This document shows, in pieces, positions 13,052-24,640 of a stretch of 64,000 nt of DNA (its first letter is position 1; each line of letters opens with the position of its first letter). The notes below the pieces were generated by a model that was not told the origin of the DNA, made no database searches, and worked only from the letters and a program-made list of their open reading frames with translations. Source of the stretch: Narcine bancroftii. Lineage: Eukaryota. The stretch is from assembly GCF_036971445.1 (NCBI RefSeq), contig NC_091475.1, positions 79,174,001 through 79,238,000 of the forward strand, read 5' to 3'. The translations under genes and the position numbers were made by a program.

Positions 13052-13424
13052 CAGTGATTCTCAACCTTTTTCTTTCCACTCACATACCACAAAGTAATCC
13101 CCATGTTGTAGGTGCTCTGTGATTAGTAAGGGATTGCTTAAGGTGGTATGTGACTGGAAAGAAAAAGTTTGAAAACCATTATTTTAATCGTACCTAATTG
13201 GCTCGTTATGTGCACCATTCCATAGCTCTGAAGGAAATGGGCCAATGACAATTTTTCTCAAGCAAAATATTTCAATAACAAATGGGTCTAGAGCAGTGAT
13301 TCTCAACCTTCCCTTCCCACCCACATACCACCAGAAGCAATTCCTTACTAATCACAGAGCACTGATGGTATAGGGATTATGTAAAGTGGTGTGTGAGTGG
13401 AAAGAAAAAGGTTGAGAGCCACTG
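13052..13424. mobile_element. hAT (Charlie-like) non-autonomous element built from two palindromic sub-units
   Basis: Long TIRs CAGTGATTCTCAACCTTTTTCTTTCCACTCACATACCAC ... GTGGTGTGTGAGTGGAAAGAAAAAGGTTGAGAGCCACTG. A second CAGTGATTCTCAACC start at 13294 is preceded by GTCTAGAG. Confidence 0.8.
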
Positions 13425-13539
13425 CCGTAGACTCTCTGATACACTGACGATGTTTCCTCCTCATGTTTCATGCTTTGACATGAATCTCAAAATGAAAAGT
13501 TCAGTACAGCATCGTTCCTACTATTTTTTATTTTAAAAA

Positions 13540-13695
13540 AAGATTTAGCAAACAGCACAGTTACAGGGTCTTCTGGTCCACAAGCCCATGCTGCCCAAAT
13601 ATCCAAATAAACACCTTACAGTCAGCTCCGATTTGAACCCAGGTCGCTAGTGCTGTAATACTTTAGTGATAACCGCTAACCAAAACATGACACCC
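13540..13695 (-). mobile_element. tRNA-derived SINE fragment (V-SINE/HE1-like)
   Basis: Reverse-complement B-box (gatttgaaccc) and a tail (gatttagcaaacagcac...) shared with the copy at 63229-63491. Confidence 0.55.
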
Positions 13696-14469
13696 TTATA
13701 TTCAGCCTACAATAGTTGGCCAGTACATCAAGTTCTTTATTAGTTGTGAAACTGTTTCATTTTCTCAAAATGGTGCAAGGCACAGCTTGTCTCTTCCCTG
13801 TCTCCCATCCTGTTTTATCTGAATGACTGATCGTCTTACCAAATGATGCAGTACATCTAAATGTGAAACACACAACAGTTTGGAAAGGCAATGAGAAAGC
13901 AATGGGTGAAAGAGATTCTAAAAGTGAGAGAAATAGGGTAAGGGACCACAGTGTTTATGGGTTGTGGTGAAACAAAAAGTAATCAGGCCAGTGGAGAGAT
14001 CAAAATCTGGCTGAGGAAAAGAAGCTATTCTCTCTCACACCCACAAAATCCCTCAGCTTGCTGGCTTCCTCTCCCCTTCTTATTAGCCCCAGTCTTCCTG
14101 CATTCCCCTCATTGCAGTCATCACCACTCTGCCTCTCTCCTTCCCCCTCAAATCATCCCTCTGATACCTTTTCACTGCATTCTCGGCAGCCCCCACCCTC
14201 CACAATGTATCCATCTCAGTGTATTTCTTCCTAGACCCCTATCCTTGCTGCAATCCTCAACAGCATTCCTCACACCTACTCCCTTAACACTTCACTGCAT
14301 GTCTCCACCAGCTCCTTTCACCAGAATCCCTCTCAACCCCTCCCCGCTGTTGAGCCATCCCCTCCTCATCACGATCCTCATTATTGCAACCCTTCACTAC
14401 CTCTCTCCCTTTCTTGATACATCCCTGACCAGTTCCACCACCTCACTGCATCAGTCACCTACCCCATCA

Positions 14470-14830
14470 TGTCCCACACTCACCACTCTATCCTTCTGCT
14501 CTCCGCTCCCCCTTCTTCACCACACCCCCTGCGTTCCCTCCCCCGTCTCCCCTTCCCTGCATCCCTCCCCCTCCCTGCATCCCTCTCCCTCCTTCCCCCC
14601 GTCTCCCCTCCCCGCATCCCTCCCCCGTCTCCCNNNNNNNNNNNNNNNNNNNNNNNNNNNNNNNNNNNNNNNNNNNNNNNNNNNNNNNNNNNNNNNNNNN
14701 NNNNNNNNNNNNNNNNNNNNNNNNNNNNNNNNNNNNNNNNNNNNNNNNNNNNNNNNNNNNNNNNNNNNNNNNNNNNNNNNNNNNNNNNNNCCCTTTCATC
14801 TCCCGTGTCCTCTTTCCCCGAGTCTCCACC
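14470..14830. repeat. C/T-rich low-complexity tract containing an assembly gap (N at 14634-14790)
   Basis: Repeats of tcccc, ccgtctccc and gcatccc, plus 157 N bases. Confidence 0.9.
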
Positions 14831-14982
14831 CCCTTTTACTGCATCCCTCACCAATCGACATAACCCAAACTTGGTCAAACAACCGGTGATTTTTAATCGT
14901 TCAGTCAAACGCGGCCCAGCCATTTCCGAGTGATCCTTGCCCTGATTGTGAAGAGAGCCCGGCCTCTCTACCTCTCCCCTAC

Positions 14983-15050
14983 CTGGAGCCCGTCGCCGCA
15001 GCGCCGCCGTCTTACGATCCAGTCGGTCGACAGTCAGCTGACCAGCCACC
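14983..15050 (-). other. ATP6V1A: Putative non-coding first exon of the divergent gene (probably ATP6V1A)
   Basis: CpG-rich segment with minus-strand donor CAG|GTAGGG at 14983/14982 (alternative ATC|GTAAGA at 15016/15015). Identity is inferred only from the human head-to-head ATP6V1A-NAA50 arrangement; no coding exon was seen. Confidence 0.4.
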
Positions 15051-15814
15051 ACGCATGCGCACGCCGGGCTCCTGAAAGGGAAGGGGAGGGGGAGGGGGTG
15101 ACTTCTCAATTGGTTTGTGCATTTTTGTTTTAATTCTTGGCGAGAACTAAGACTTGAAAAAGAATAAATGATAAAGCCATCACGCGTTTCGCGAAAAAAA
15201 ACATTATTTGGATACGAATGGATGACGTCAACTGAAATGTACTTCTGAATGCCGAAGTATTGAAAATGCGTTATATTGAATATAGTTATTTGTAGAGCTG
15301 AGATGCTCTGAGCCGCTGATCAGGTTATAGACCCTTAAGATAAATTGTAAGGGGGGAAGAAACAAATTCCCAGTCACGTGATTATTTGTTCTCCCTGTCG
15401 ATGGGTTTTTCTAAATAATGAAACGTGTAAAGAGTTGCTGAAGCTTCACCGTGAAGATGGGGAATTATGAGGAAGAGTGGTGAGAGCAAGCAGAGGCTGT
15501 CGCTCTTGGGAATCATACGTGCAGCGAAGCCAGTTCAGAGGAGATCCAAGGTGAAATAAACATAAACCAAGATCAGAACTGGGGGCAGCTTGTGGTGAAT
15601 CGTTTATTTCTGAGAGATTTCCCGGGTCTCTCTCGGAATCGGCGAAACGTTTGACTCCATCCATCTGGGCTCGAACCGGTACCTCGAAGCAAAATATCAT
15701 GGATATTTGAAATTAATTTAGAAAACGCTGGGAAATGTTCAACGAGTCAGACGGCACTTGTGGAGACAGGATCTGTTCATGTTTCCTGCCGCGGAATTGG
15801 ATTCGGATTTAATT

Positions 15815-16146
15815 TGCTTGGACTCGGGTTGCGATCGCCTGGACTCGGGAAGCCTCGGGTTGCGATCGTCTGGACTCGGGAAGCCTCGGTTTGCGATCGC
15901 CTGGACTCGGGAGCCTTCGGATGTGTTCGCCGGCACTCGGGGAGCCGAGGATTGTGTTCGCCTGCACTCGGGGAGCCGTGGTGCGTTCGGCTGGACGGGG
16001 AACGCCTCGGGTGTGTTCGGCTAGACTCGGAAAGACTTGAATTTTTGTTCGGCTGGACTCGGAAAGCCTCGGACTTTGTTCGGCTAGTGTCGGAAAGCCT
16101 CGGGACCCGTTCGGTTATGCTCGGGAAACCTCGTGTCCCGTTCGGT
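15815..16146 (+). repeat. CpG-rich minisatellite, ~11 degenerate copies of a 29-32-bp unit (approx. GGACTCGGGAAGCCTCGGGTTGCGATCGCCT)
   Basis: Tandem units are directly visible and drift progressively (TGCGATCG, then TGTGTTCG, then CCCGTTCG). Confidence 0.9.
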
Positions 16147-16316
16147 GAGATGCGAGTGGAGCATTGGCCCGGAGGTGGGGTGAGAGGTCGGAGGTGAGAG
16201 GGGGTGGCGCGGAGCGCAGCGAGTGGCATGTGTTAGAGGTTGTGGAGTCGGGCGTTCACCTTCATTCCCCTACCCCGTTCGGTTAACAGGTGAAGACGGA
16301 CAAGCGCCCGCGCACC

Positions 16317-16324
16317 ATGAAGGG
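16317..16324 (+). CDS. NAA50: N-alpha-acetyltransferase 50, exon 1 (coding part, ATG AAG GG)
   Basis: Kozak GCACCATG followed by 8 coding nt and donor GTGAGT. Joins exon 2 to give MKGSRIELGD, the known vertebrate NAA50 N-terminus. Confidence 0.93.
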
Positions 16325-17199
16325 GTGAGTGGACGAGCGGGCCCGGCCTGTCGGGCTTTCCTTGATGGCGGGAGTTGCGCGCTGAGTTTTTAGTGAAGTT
16401 GTTGGAGTTGAGGCCTCGGGCCGCGGCCACCTCTGACTCCTCGACTGCCGGTCTCTTCTTGCTGTGACTCCCTCGGGCGCTGCCTCACAACCCGTTTTCC
16501 CCATCCATACCGGTGCAGTTACCGCCTCAGAAAAAGGGGGAAATCCTTTCGGATATTGCTTTTTTTATTGGTCTCCGAAGGACTCCCAATAATTCGCCAA
16601 CCCTGCTGAGTTCGGTCGAAACAGTTTTCATCTGTTGTTTGCACCCATTTACGTCGACAGACATGAAGTTCCTGGGCTTTTTTTGCACTGGAAGTTTAAT
16701 TTAAAGATCGTGTCAATGTCTTAACGTCTACTTCTGGCCTCTTGGGGGTTCGTAGCGCCAAGAACCTTACAAACTTGCGATTAGATTGTAGAACGCCGAC
16801 CATGTGTAAAATCGACCCAGTTGTGTATTATTTTATGCCCTCAAATTAGAACAGAATTGAAATATCCATCCGAGGAAATTGGGAGGAATGAAAAAGTTTG
16901 CACAAAAGCTGAAAGAAAAAAACTTTTTTGGAAAGTACAGTTGTACATTTCTTACTGTATCATAAATATGCAAAAAGTTATTCCCCCCCAAACAAATTAA
17001 GTTTTATTTGCTTTTTGAAGAACAGGAGGTTGAACAAAATTGGAGTTTAAAAAAAAAACTTATTCGCTTAAAAACTGAGTTTTGGGTAGTGTAAGTGGAG
17101 GCCTTCTCTTGTTATAATAAAATTATGTATTTGTAATTTGTGTTCAAATTAAATAGATGTAACGTTTTATGTATGTGTGTGTGTATATTCAATTGACAA

Positions 17200-17540
17200 C
17201 CTTCTGACACCTGTGGCTCATTGAGAGGTTGTTGTCTCTGAGTCAGGATGTTGTTGGCTCAAATCTCACTTTAAAGGCTTAAGAGCCAAAAATTCTTGGT
17301 CAACATTTCAGGGCTGAAGAGGGTACTTTTCTGAAGGAGGTGCCACCTTTGGGGAGGGATATTAAACTGAGGCCCTGTCTGCTCTTGTATTGCTATATTT
17401 GTTTCTGGTGTTAGGCAATATATATTCCTTAATCAAATGTGGAAACTCCAATCTGGTCTTCATAATATTGTTACTTGTGAGAGTTTGCTGTCTTGTACAA
17501 ACTGATTTTTTTTTTCTCTCCTTTCAACAGTAACTACTGT
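17200..17540 (+). mobile_element. DeuSINE (SacSINE1/AmnSINE-like) copy
   Basis: Deu-domain-like core GGAGGTGCCACCTTTTGGGAGGGATATTAAACTGAGGCCCTGTCTGCTCT, preceded by a tRNA-like head. Confidence 0.6.
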
Positions 17541-19284
17541 AAAATTGAAGGGATATAATGGAACCACTAATTTATTATTTTCTCTGGCAAATAACTGAAG
17601 CTGAACTAAGGTGTTGTCAGTTTTATGTTTGATGACCCTGACTGGTTTTGAACTGCATATCCATTGCATTAATAATACACTGCATCTTTTTCCTTGCTTC
17701 AGATTTAGTGCTGGCACCCTTTTCATGCCTTTTAGACTATTCCAAGATTCCTTTTAGGGTAGATGGGGCACTCCCTAAATTTAAACATTTCATCTGCCCA
17801 TGTCACTACTTGCATCATCTCTGCAGCTGACTTACACTGCTTAGTTAAGCAACCTATTTCAAAATTCACATCTTTGTTCTCTGCGCCTTCACCCGTATCT
17901 TTTTTCTGCTTAGAATGTTATCTGAACTCTGTAAAATATGAACTCCTATGTATACCCTGAATGCAGTTGCTATATCACTGTACTTGTGTCTTCTGGTGCC
18001 ATACCTGAAGCTCTGGAATTCACTCCATTTTAATACTTGCACTTCCATTAAGATGCTTACTAATCAATCAGTCTGCCCTTTTCAGTCAATTGAAATCTGG
18101 CCCATACAGATTCCCAACTTCTGGACAATTTGAGTCCTAACTGGGTCACTTGTTGCAATGGATGGTAAACCCTGAGTCAGGCAGGAGAAAGTTGGCTGCA
18201 ATATTTAAAAAAAACTGTCCAGTGATTTCCCACTTCAGATCTAGTGGATTGTAAATGCTGTCACAGTTTGAATAATTTATGAGCTCAGGAATAATTTGTA
18301 TGAGGTACCTGATTGTATTCATCATCTGTGAAACTGCTCAGTGAGAAGTGGAAGTTTCAGGAGAGATGGTGAGACAGGAAATGGTTTGGCAGAATAAACT
18401 GGTTTAAAAAAAATACTCATTGTTTTGGAAATATCGTAAGCAATGAACAGCACTGGAGTTTTGCATATTGCCAAACAACTGAGAATTATTTAAATCCAGA
18501 ATGCATTTTTTAAAGAACAAAATCATTTGTGTCTCAATTATACAATTCACTAAGTATCCTATGTTCTAGTTCTAGCATTCATAATTTCCTTTGCCCTATT
18601 GTTGGTGGTTATACTTGGCATGGCAAAAGTCCTAACCTACCATGTTTTGTTCACATGGTAACTATTTAAGAACTTAAAAAAATTCTGTTGTGTATTAACG
18701 CGTTGAAATCAGAAACTATAGAGTGTAATTGAATAGTGTGCTAAAGACTTGGGATATAAGAAATGCAAGCTTTAGGATTGGCCTTGGCACTCTGAAAACA
18801 AAGAAGCTCGAGGGACACAATGGGTCAGGCAGCAGCCATGGAGACAAAAGGTTAGTCTAAGTTGGAACTCTTTATTGAGACTAAAATGAGAAAGGAGATG
18901 TCGGGAGTGGAAGGAGAGTGAATGAAAAGGGTCAAAAGGTTACAGGGTACTGGACAAAAGAAGGTGGGGAGACAAAAGTGGCGACTACTAAAGGGGAGGG
19001 GGAAAGGTTGGAAAGAAAAGTTCATGAAGATATAGAAACGGTGGAATGAGATAGGGGTGGTTACCAAAAATTGGGGAATGGCAACAGCAGGAACATTATA
19101 TTTTTCAACATGTAACTTGCAAACATTTACAAACTTTTTTAAATCAAAATGCAAATTAACTAAAATGGCTTAAATCTGTTTGTCCAAACTCCCAGCTTTT
19201 GCAAGAAGTATTCTCTGATTGCATTGCTGAATGATCTGAGTTTTTTCTTAAACAAGGTGTTGAGTCTATGATTTCCCATCAAGG

Positions 19285-19990
19285 GTATCCAAGATTCAGG
19301 ATGCCTTTGTTGTCATGTAATACTATAGAACATTTAATATTACATGAAATTTCTTACTGCCTGCTGAAAGGCAGGTGTCACCCAGTGCCCCTAACAGTAA
19401 GAGGGAAAGTGAAGCAAAAAGTCTCTTCCGAGAGACTGGATTTGCATCCAGTGCTTCTGCAGCCTCTGAAGCTACACAGACTCCTTTATAAACCATCATC
19501 AACCTGAGCTCCAGATCCAAATCTCTGACATTATTAGGAAGCATTTGGGAGACCTTCTTGCCCTCAGCATCCTCTTGAATCCTAGCTCAGATACCAGGTT
19601 CCCACTTACGCAGGTCCCCTGACTGTAAGTCGTCCGCAGCCTGTGTGGATCCCTCGGCCTCTGATCCTCTCGAAGATCTGCCGCTGCGGTTACTGTCCTG
19701 TAGGGTCATCATCTCTGCTTCTCATTCTCAATGGGGTGTTTCTCCCTGTTTCAGATGAAGCTGCTCCCCTGGAGTCTGCAACCTCTCGTGGCAGCTGCTG
19801 GGCATAGGCGCTGCGATCTTGGGCACAGACACTGAGGTTGCAGGATTTTAAAATAACTCCATATGTTCCTTTAACAGGTTGTTCAAAGCCTGTATAGAAG
19901 TGTCATATAAGGACCAGGCAGTCGAACCTTTCAGAGTAACGCTGTCTCTCCACTCTCCCAGGTCTGCACGAGCCACAGCGCTGACATTGC
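19285..19990 (-). mobile_element. Non-autonomous LINE-derived repeat, related to 23340-24080 and 41770-42410
   Basis: Shared blocks (caagattca..., tattacatgaaatttc...gcctgctg, tccagatccaaa, atcttgggc/tgcagac, gatttt/caaataa) between the copies. Confidence 0.55.
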
Positions 19991-20179
19991 AGCAGATCCA
20001 GCAGTGCTGCTATAGAGTATTGAAAGTTATACCCCTTTGCCATATCTTAAATTTATTGGTGTTTCAAATTCTGGTGATTACCACGTTGGATTTTGCAAAA
20101 GAATTGAACAGCTCAGTAGCAGCCCCTTTGGCTTACTGGGTCCCTGACAACTTCCAAGTCTGTCTACTATCATTCCATT

Positions 20180-21420
20180 TACCAGCACTTAATTCCTAGC
20201 CTTGTGTTTGCTTGCAGTTGAAATGCTTATCTAAATACTTGTTTTGTGACAAACCATCCTCTAAGTCTCTTGTTCCTCACCATAACCTTGTGCCTTCTAG
20301 CCTTGTATATGGTTGTTAGGGGTAAGTTTCCAACTCCCTATAACTCGAATGCTTTTCATGGTTTTGAACATCTCTATCCATTCCAAGGAATAGATAATTG
20401 AAACATTTGATTCCAAGCAATATCCTGGAATATCTCCTCTGCACTCATGTCCTTGTTATTATAGTGTGGCAATGAGAACTGTATACAGTTTTCTAACAGT
20501 ACCTGCTCTTGTACTCTGGGTGAATGAAGGCAAATATTCCATATTCACCACTTCAACTGCCTGCACTGCCACCTTCAGGGGCCCTTGGATTTCTTCACTG
20601 AGGTTCCTCTGTTTCTAAAATAGTCCTGGGGCCTAACATTTTATTAATATGTCCTCCACTTTTTAGTGCTCCAAAGAATATCACCTCACAATTATCAGGA
20701 TTAAACTCCACCTGCTGTTGCTTTGCTCCTCTTACCGTCAGATCAATGTTCTATAGTCCATGGCTTTTCTCCTCAACAATTTTACAGCTTTTTGTGCCAT
20801 CACCATACTTATCACTACATCCATATCCAAGTTGTTAATGCATATATATATATATGTTAAAAAAACTAAGTTTCCCAGCACTGATATGTGTTCATTGGCT
20901 TTCAATCACAAACAGTTTGCCACCATCACACTGTTCTTATTGCTAAGCCATTTTTGGGTCCAAGTGTCAATTTGCCCTGCTTTTAAGCATTTATGACTGA
21001 TCTCCCATGCAGGACTTTGAAAGCCTTATTGGTCAATGTCGACTATTTCAATCATTTTGTCCTCACCAGTATACTTTTTTTGTACCTTTTGAAAACTTCA
21101 AATTGGTCAGGTAGGATCTACCCCATTAAAACTTTGCTATCTTTGGTTAATGTCCACCTTTTGTATGCAGGTTAATCCCAACCTTAGATTTTTCTTCCCC
21201 ACCACCCCAATATACTCCCAACCTTTGACTCTAGTCCTAGACCTGTAACTAACTGGCTTGTTCCCTGTTATTTTCCTTGTACAAGGGTACAATGTCCTTT
21301 GTCCTTCAGTCATCCAATGACTCAGTTGTGGACAGTGAAGATTTAAATCTTTGCAAGATCTCGACCATTTCATCCCTTGAGCCTCATCTTTTCTCTTAAT
21401 TGAACTTTTGGGGTTCAGAC
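20180..21420 (-). mobile_element. Old degenerate CR1 LINE
   Basis: Pyrimidine-rich antisense CR1 RT and 3' remnants (gagaactgtatacag..., ttgctaagccattttt..., aactggcttgttccctg). Confidence 0.55.
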
Positions 21421-22249
21421 AGTATTCTTGGTAAATGTATACTGCATTCTCTCAAAGGCTGGAGTATGCATCCCAAGGTGTGCTTGACTTTTTACTAATT
21501 TTCCAGATGTGTTCTCACCAGAGATTTCTAGAGTGTGATTGTACTCTGAATATAAAAGGTTTTTTCTTTTTGGATTATTCTTTACAACTGGCCATGATTT
21601 TTTTTAAGAAAGATCAGTATAAATTGACTTCTAGGTTTCTTTGATGTATCACTGATATTGTGGTTGAAATAATGCCCTGATCTTTCCTTTTTGGGACCCA
21701 GGTACAGTAAAATCCTTGGTATTTGGCACCTATGAGGATTGCGAGGCCGGCTATGCAAATTTTCTGGTTGACTGACACTCACTCTTACAATGCCTAACTA
21801 ATATATCAGCATTAATAATAAACTGTTTAAAAGATACAGGACTGCAAAATGAAATTTGAAAAAAAAATCAGTATTGTAGTCCTTAATTATCTGAAGTTCA
21901 CTTTAATCATGTAATTTCTGTAACCTATAAAATTTAAATTTGAACTCCGGTCGCTGGTGCTGTAACAGTGTTATGCTAAATGCTTTGCTAACCATGCCGC
22001 CATCATAATTAAACACTCCCCCCCCCCCCCCCCTTTCCAATGTATTCTATTGATATTTTATGATAACAGTGGGGAAAGAAACTCCTTGAATCTGATGGTG
22101 TTATCTCACACGTGTGAACCTCCTTCCTGACAGGAGTACGTGTACGTGGCCAGGGTGCGATGAGTCTTTTAATTGTTGACTGCTTTTCCAAAGCAACAAG
22201 AGTTACAGATGAAGTCAATAGAGGGAAAGGGGTGATTGAACCACATTTA

Positions 22250-23325
22250 CAGCTATGACATATGCAGCAATTAAACATAAACATGAATGGTTTTTTATAG
22301 AAAAAAAAGAAAAGAACCACCTCCCCCCTCAGCCAACTCTCTTAAGGAGAGTCATAAAGAAAGAAAAAAGAAAGAATATTAAAGAAAAAGTTAAATATAA
22401 ATATTAAAATCTAATCAATATAAATTGAAATGTAAATATTCTGAGTATAACAACCAATTATTAATAAAAAAATTATAATTATCACGTGAAACATACATAA
22501 TTTTTTCCATTATTAAACAATATTTCATCTCATTATGCCATCTATTAATATCAATCATATTTGTATCTTTCCACGAACGAGCAATACATTTTTTAGCTAC
22601 AGGTAAAGCTAAATGTACAAAAGCAAGCTGGAACTTATCTAATCCCAAACCTTTCAGAGGTTGCAAACTACCCAATAAAAGTACTGTTGGATCTAAAACT
22701 ATTTTAATCTTATACAGATATTCTAAAAACAATTGAATTTTCTTCCAAAAAGATTGTAAATGTATACATGACCAAACAGCATGAAAAAAAGTTCCAACTG
22801 TATCACCACATCTAAAACACAAATCTGATTCATGAAAACCATATGTTTTAAATTTTTCAGGTGTCAAATATAATTGATGTAAAAAATTGTAGTTAATCAT
22901 TGCATAACATGCATTTAAAAAAATAAAACCAGTATCTGCTTCCCATTTACGTTCAGACCTATCCCAACCCTTTTTATCCATACTATCCTGTAATATTTGA
23001 TACATAGATGAAATATAACCCTTCTCTGGTACCTTCATAAGAAAAGTCTCAAATTTAGTCATTTTAATTAAAATCATATCTCTACCAAAAACACATTTTA
23101 CCAAAGATCGAATTTGATAATAAAGAAATAAAGAGCTCTTATCAATACCAAAACCTTCCCTCATCTGATTAAAAGATAAAAACTTACCCTCTTTAAAACA
23201 ATCTCCCAAATTTTTCACACCTTTAAATCTCCAATGCAATAAACTTTGATTATGTATTGAAAAAGAAATAAGTTGATTATTATACAACAGAGTCAAAGCC
23301 GTTAATTTACCCCTAAAGCCTGTCA
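22250..23325 (-). mobile_element. L1-clade LINE, 5'-truncated ORF2 3' end (zf-RVT/CCHC region)
   Basis: 318-aa ORF with NYNFLHQLYLTP...CFRCGDTVGTFFHAVWSC...FW...AKKCIARSWK. Confidence 0.85.
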
Positions 23326-23339
23326 TTTGTAGGATGCTT

Positions 23340-24080
23340 TCAAGATTCAATTTATTAAAGCAATAAAACAATGTCGTATTACATGAAATTTCTTTTTGCC
23401 TGCTGCACAGCAGACAGATTTGCCACTGGCAGGAATTGCCTTAGTACCTTTTATAGGCTTAGTCAGGGAGAGAAGCAAAAGAGAGTCTTCCCCTCCCACC
23501 ACTGAGTGTCCCATTGCTTCCCCAGCCCTTGCAGCCACACAGAGTCTAGTTCAAACCATTGACAATCCAAGTTCCAGATCCAAACCTCCGACATGTTCAG
23601 GAACATTTCAGCGCCCTTGGCACCTTCTTGTATTCAGGTTCTGATACTTGATACCCCTTCAGCCATTTTGAGCCTGTCTCCATCAGTCCACAGCATGGCG
23701 CAAGTCTCTCGACAGCAGCTCCAGCAGTTCACAGCTTCAACGGGTTCCTTGCCACGAGTTGCCAGCAGCCCGCCACATGCACTGGTCCTTCAGCCTCAGA
23801 GCCCCCTCACTGGACTGCTGCTGTGGTCACCATTCCCACAGATTGTCTCCTCCACTTCTCCCTCTCAAACAGGGGTGGTCTACTCCAGTCCTCTGTTTCT
23901 CCGGAGCCACTTGTGGCTGCTGCCGATTAATAGATGCCACCATCTTGGGTGCAGACCCGCAGTCGCGGGATTTCAAATAAAACCACTGTCAGTTCCCTCA
24001 ATGGGTTATTCAAAACCCATGCAAAGCTGACGGTGGTCAACTGGGCAGCTGTATGCTGTGGGAGCACTGCATTTCCGCTC
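23340..24080 (-). mobile_element. Non-autonomous LINE-derived repeat (same family as 19285-19990)
   Basis: Direct sequence similarity to the 19.3-20.0 kb copy. Confidence 0.55.
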
Positions 24081-24640
24081 CCTCGATGATGTATCTGGAG
24101 AAATTGTTACAGGATGCTGGATGATGTGTAAGATTTGCTCAGGCTTCTGAGGGAGTAGAGATGCTGGTGGTCTTTCTTGGTCATTACATGAATACAAGAA
24201 GATCAGGACAAGTCACTGGAAATTTTTACCCTAAAAAACTGAAAGCTATCGACAATCTCCACCTCTGCACTGTTGATGTCGAGTGGGGAATGAGCTCTTC
24301 ACCTTCTCAGGAAGTCTATAACCACCTCCGTGGTTGTGCTGACATTGAGGAAGAGGTTGTTCTCCTGGCACCAAACCATCTCTATCTCTCTAGAGATCTT
24401 GCATACAATGCTGGTATCATCCACAAATTTTTTGATGGAGTTGCAACTATTTGGCTGTGCAGTGATGGGGTACACCAGAGGACTGAGTTTCTCTGGTGTT
24501 GAGAATGATTTTGAGGGGGTGCTGACCCCAATCCTCACTGATTATGGCCTGAAGGATAAAAAAAACATCATGGATCCATTTGCAGAGAGGAGTGCTGAGA
24601 CCAAGGTCATCTAGCTTGGAGATTAGTTTGTTTGGTTCTG
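24080..24640 (-). mobile_element. Rex1/Babar-like LINE RT fragment
   Basis: Peptide LSPLVYPI...NSIKKFVDDTSIV...WCQENNLFLNVSTTTEVVIDF. Confidence 0.75.

Larger units (their letters stand above)
14900..16520. promoter_or_regulatory. CpG island, probable bidirectional promoter (NAA50 and divergent gene)
   Basis: High CpG density against an AT-rich background. Motifs: GTCAGCTGAC 15033-15042, NRF1-like ACGCATGCGC 15051-15060, TTTCGCGAAA 15187-15196, CRE TGACGTCA 15223-15230, CLEAR/USF-like GTCACGTGAT 15373-15382. Confidence 0.8.

Noticed and set aside
1-14900. ATP6V1A coding exons on the minus strand
   Set aside because: No MDFSKLP-like or other V-ATPase A peptide was recognised. The region looks like TE-filled intron, so the ATP6V1A assignment rests on synteny only.
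13951-15109. Long ORFs (312, 209, 154 and 113 aa)
   Set aside because: They run through C/T low-complexity sequence and an N gap, and the Pro/Ser/Leu or Gly/Arg bias has no domain signature.
15815-16146. ~31-bp periodic repeats as a CRISPR array, or the overlapping 88-150 aa ORFs as genes
   Set aside because: The units are contiguous degenerate tandem copies without unique spacers, the context is eukaryotic and there are no cas genes. The ORFs are a by-product of GC-rich repeats.
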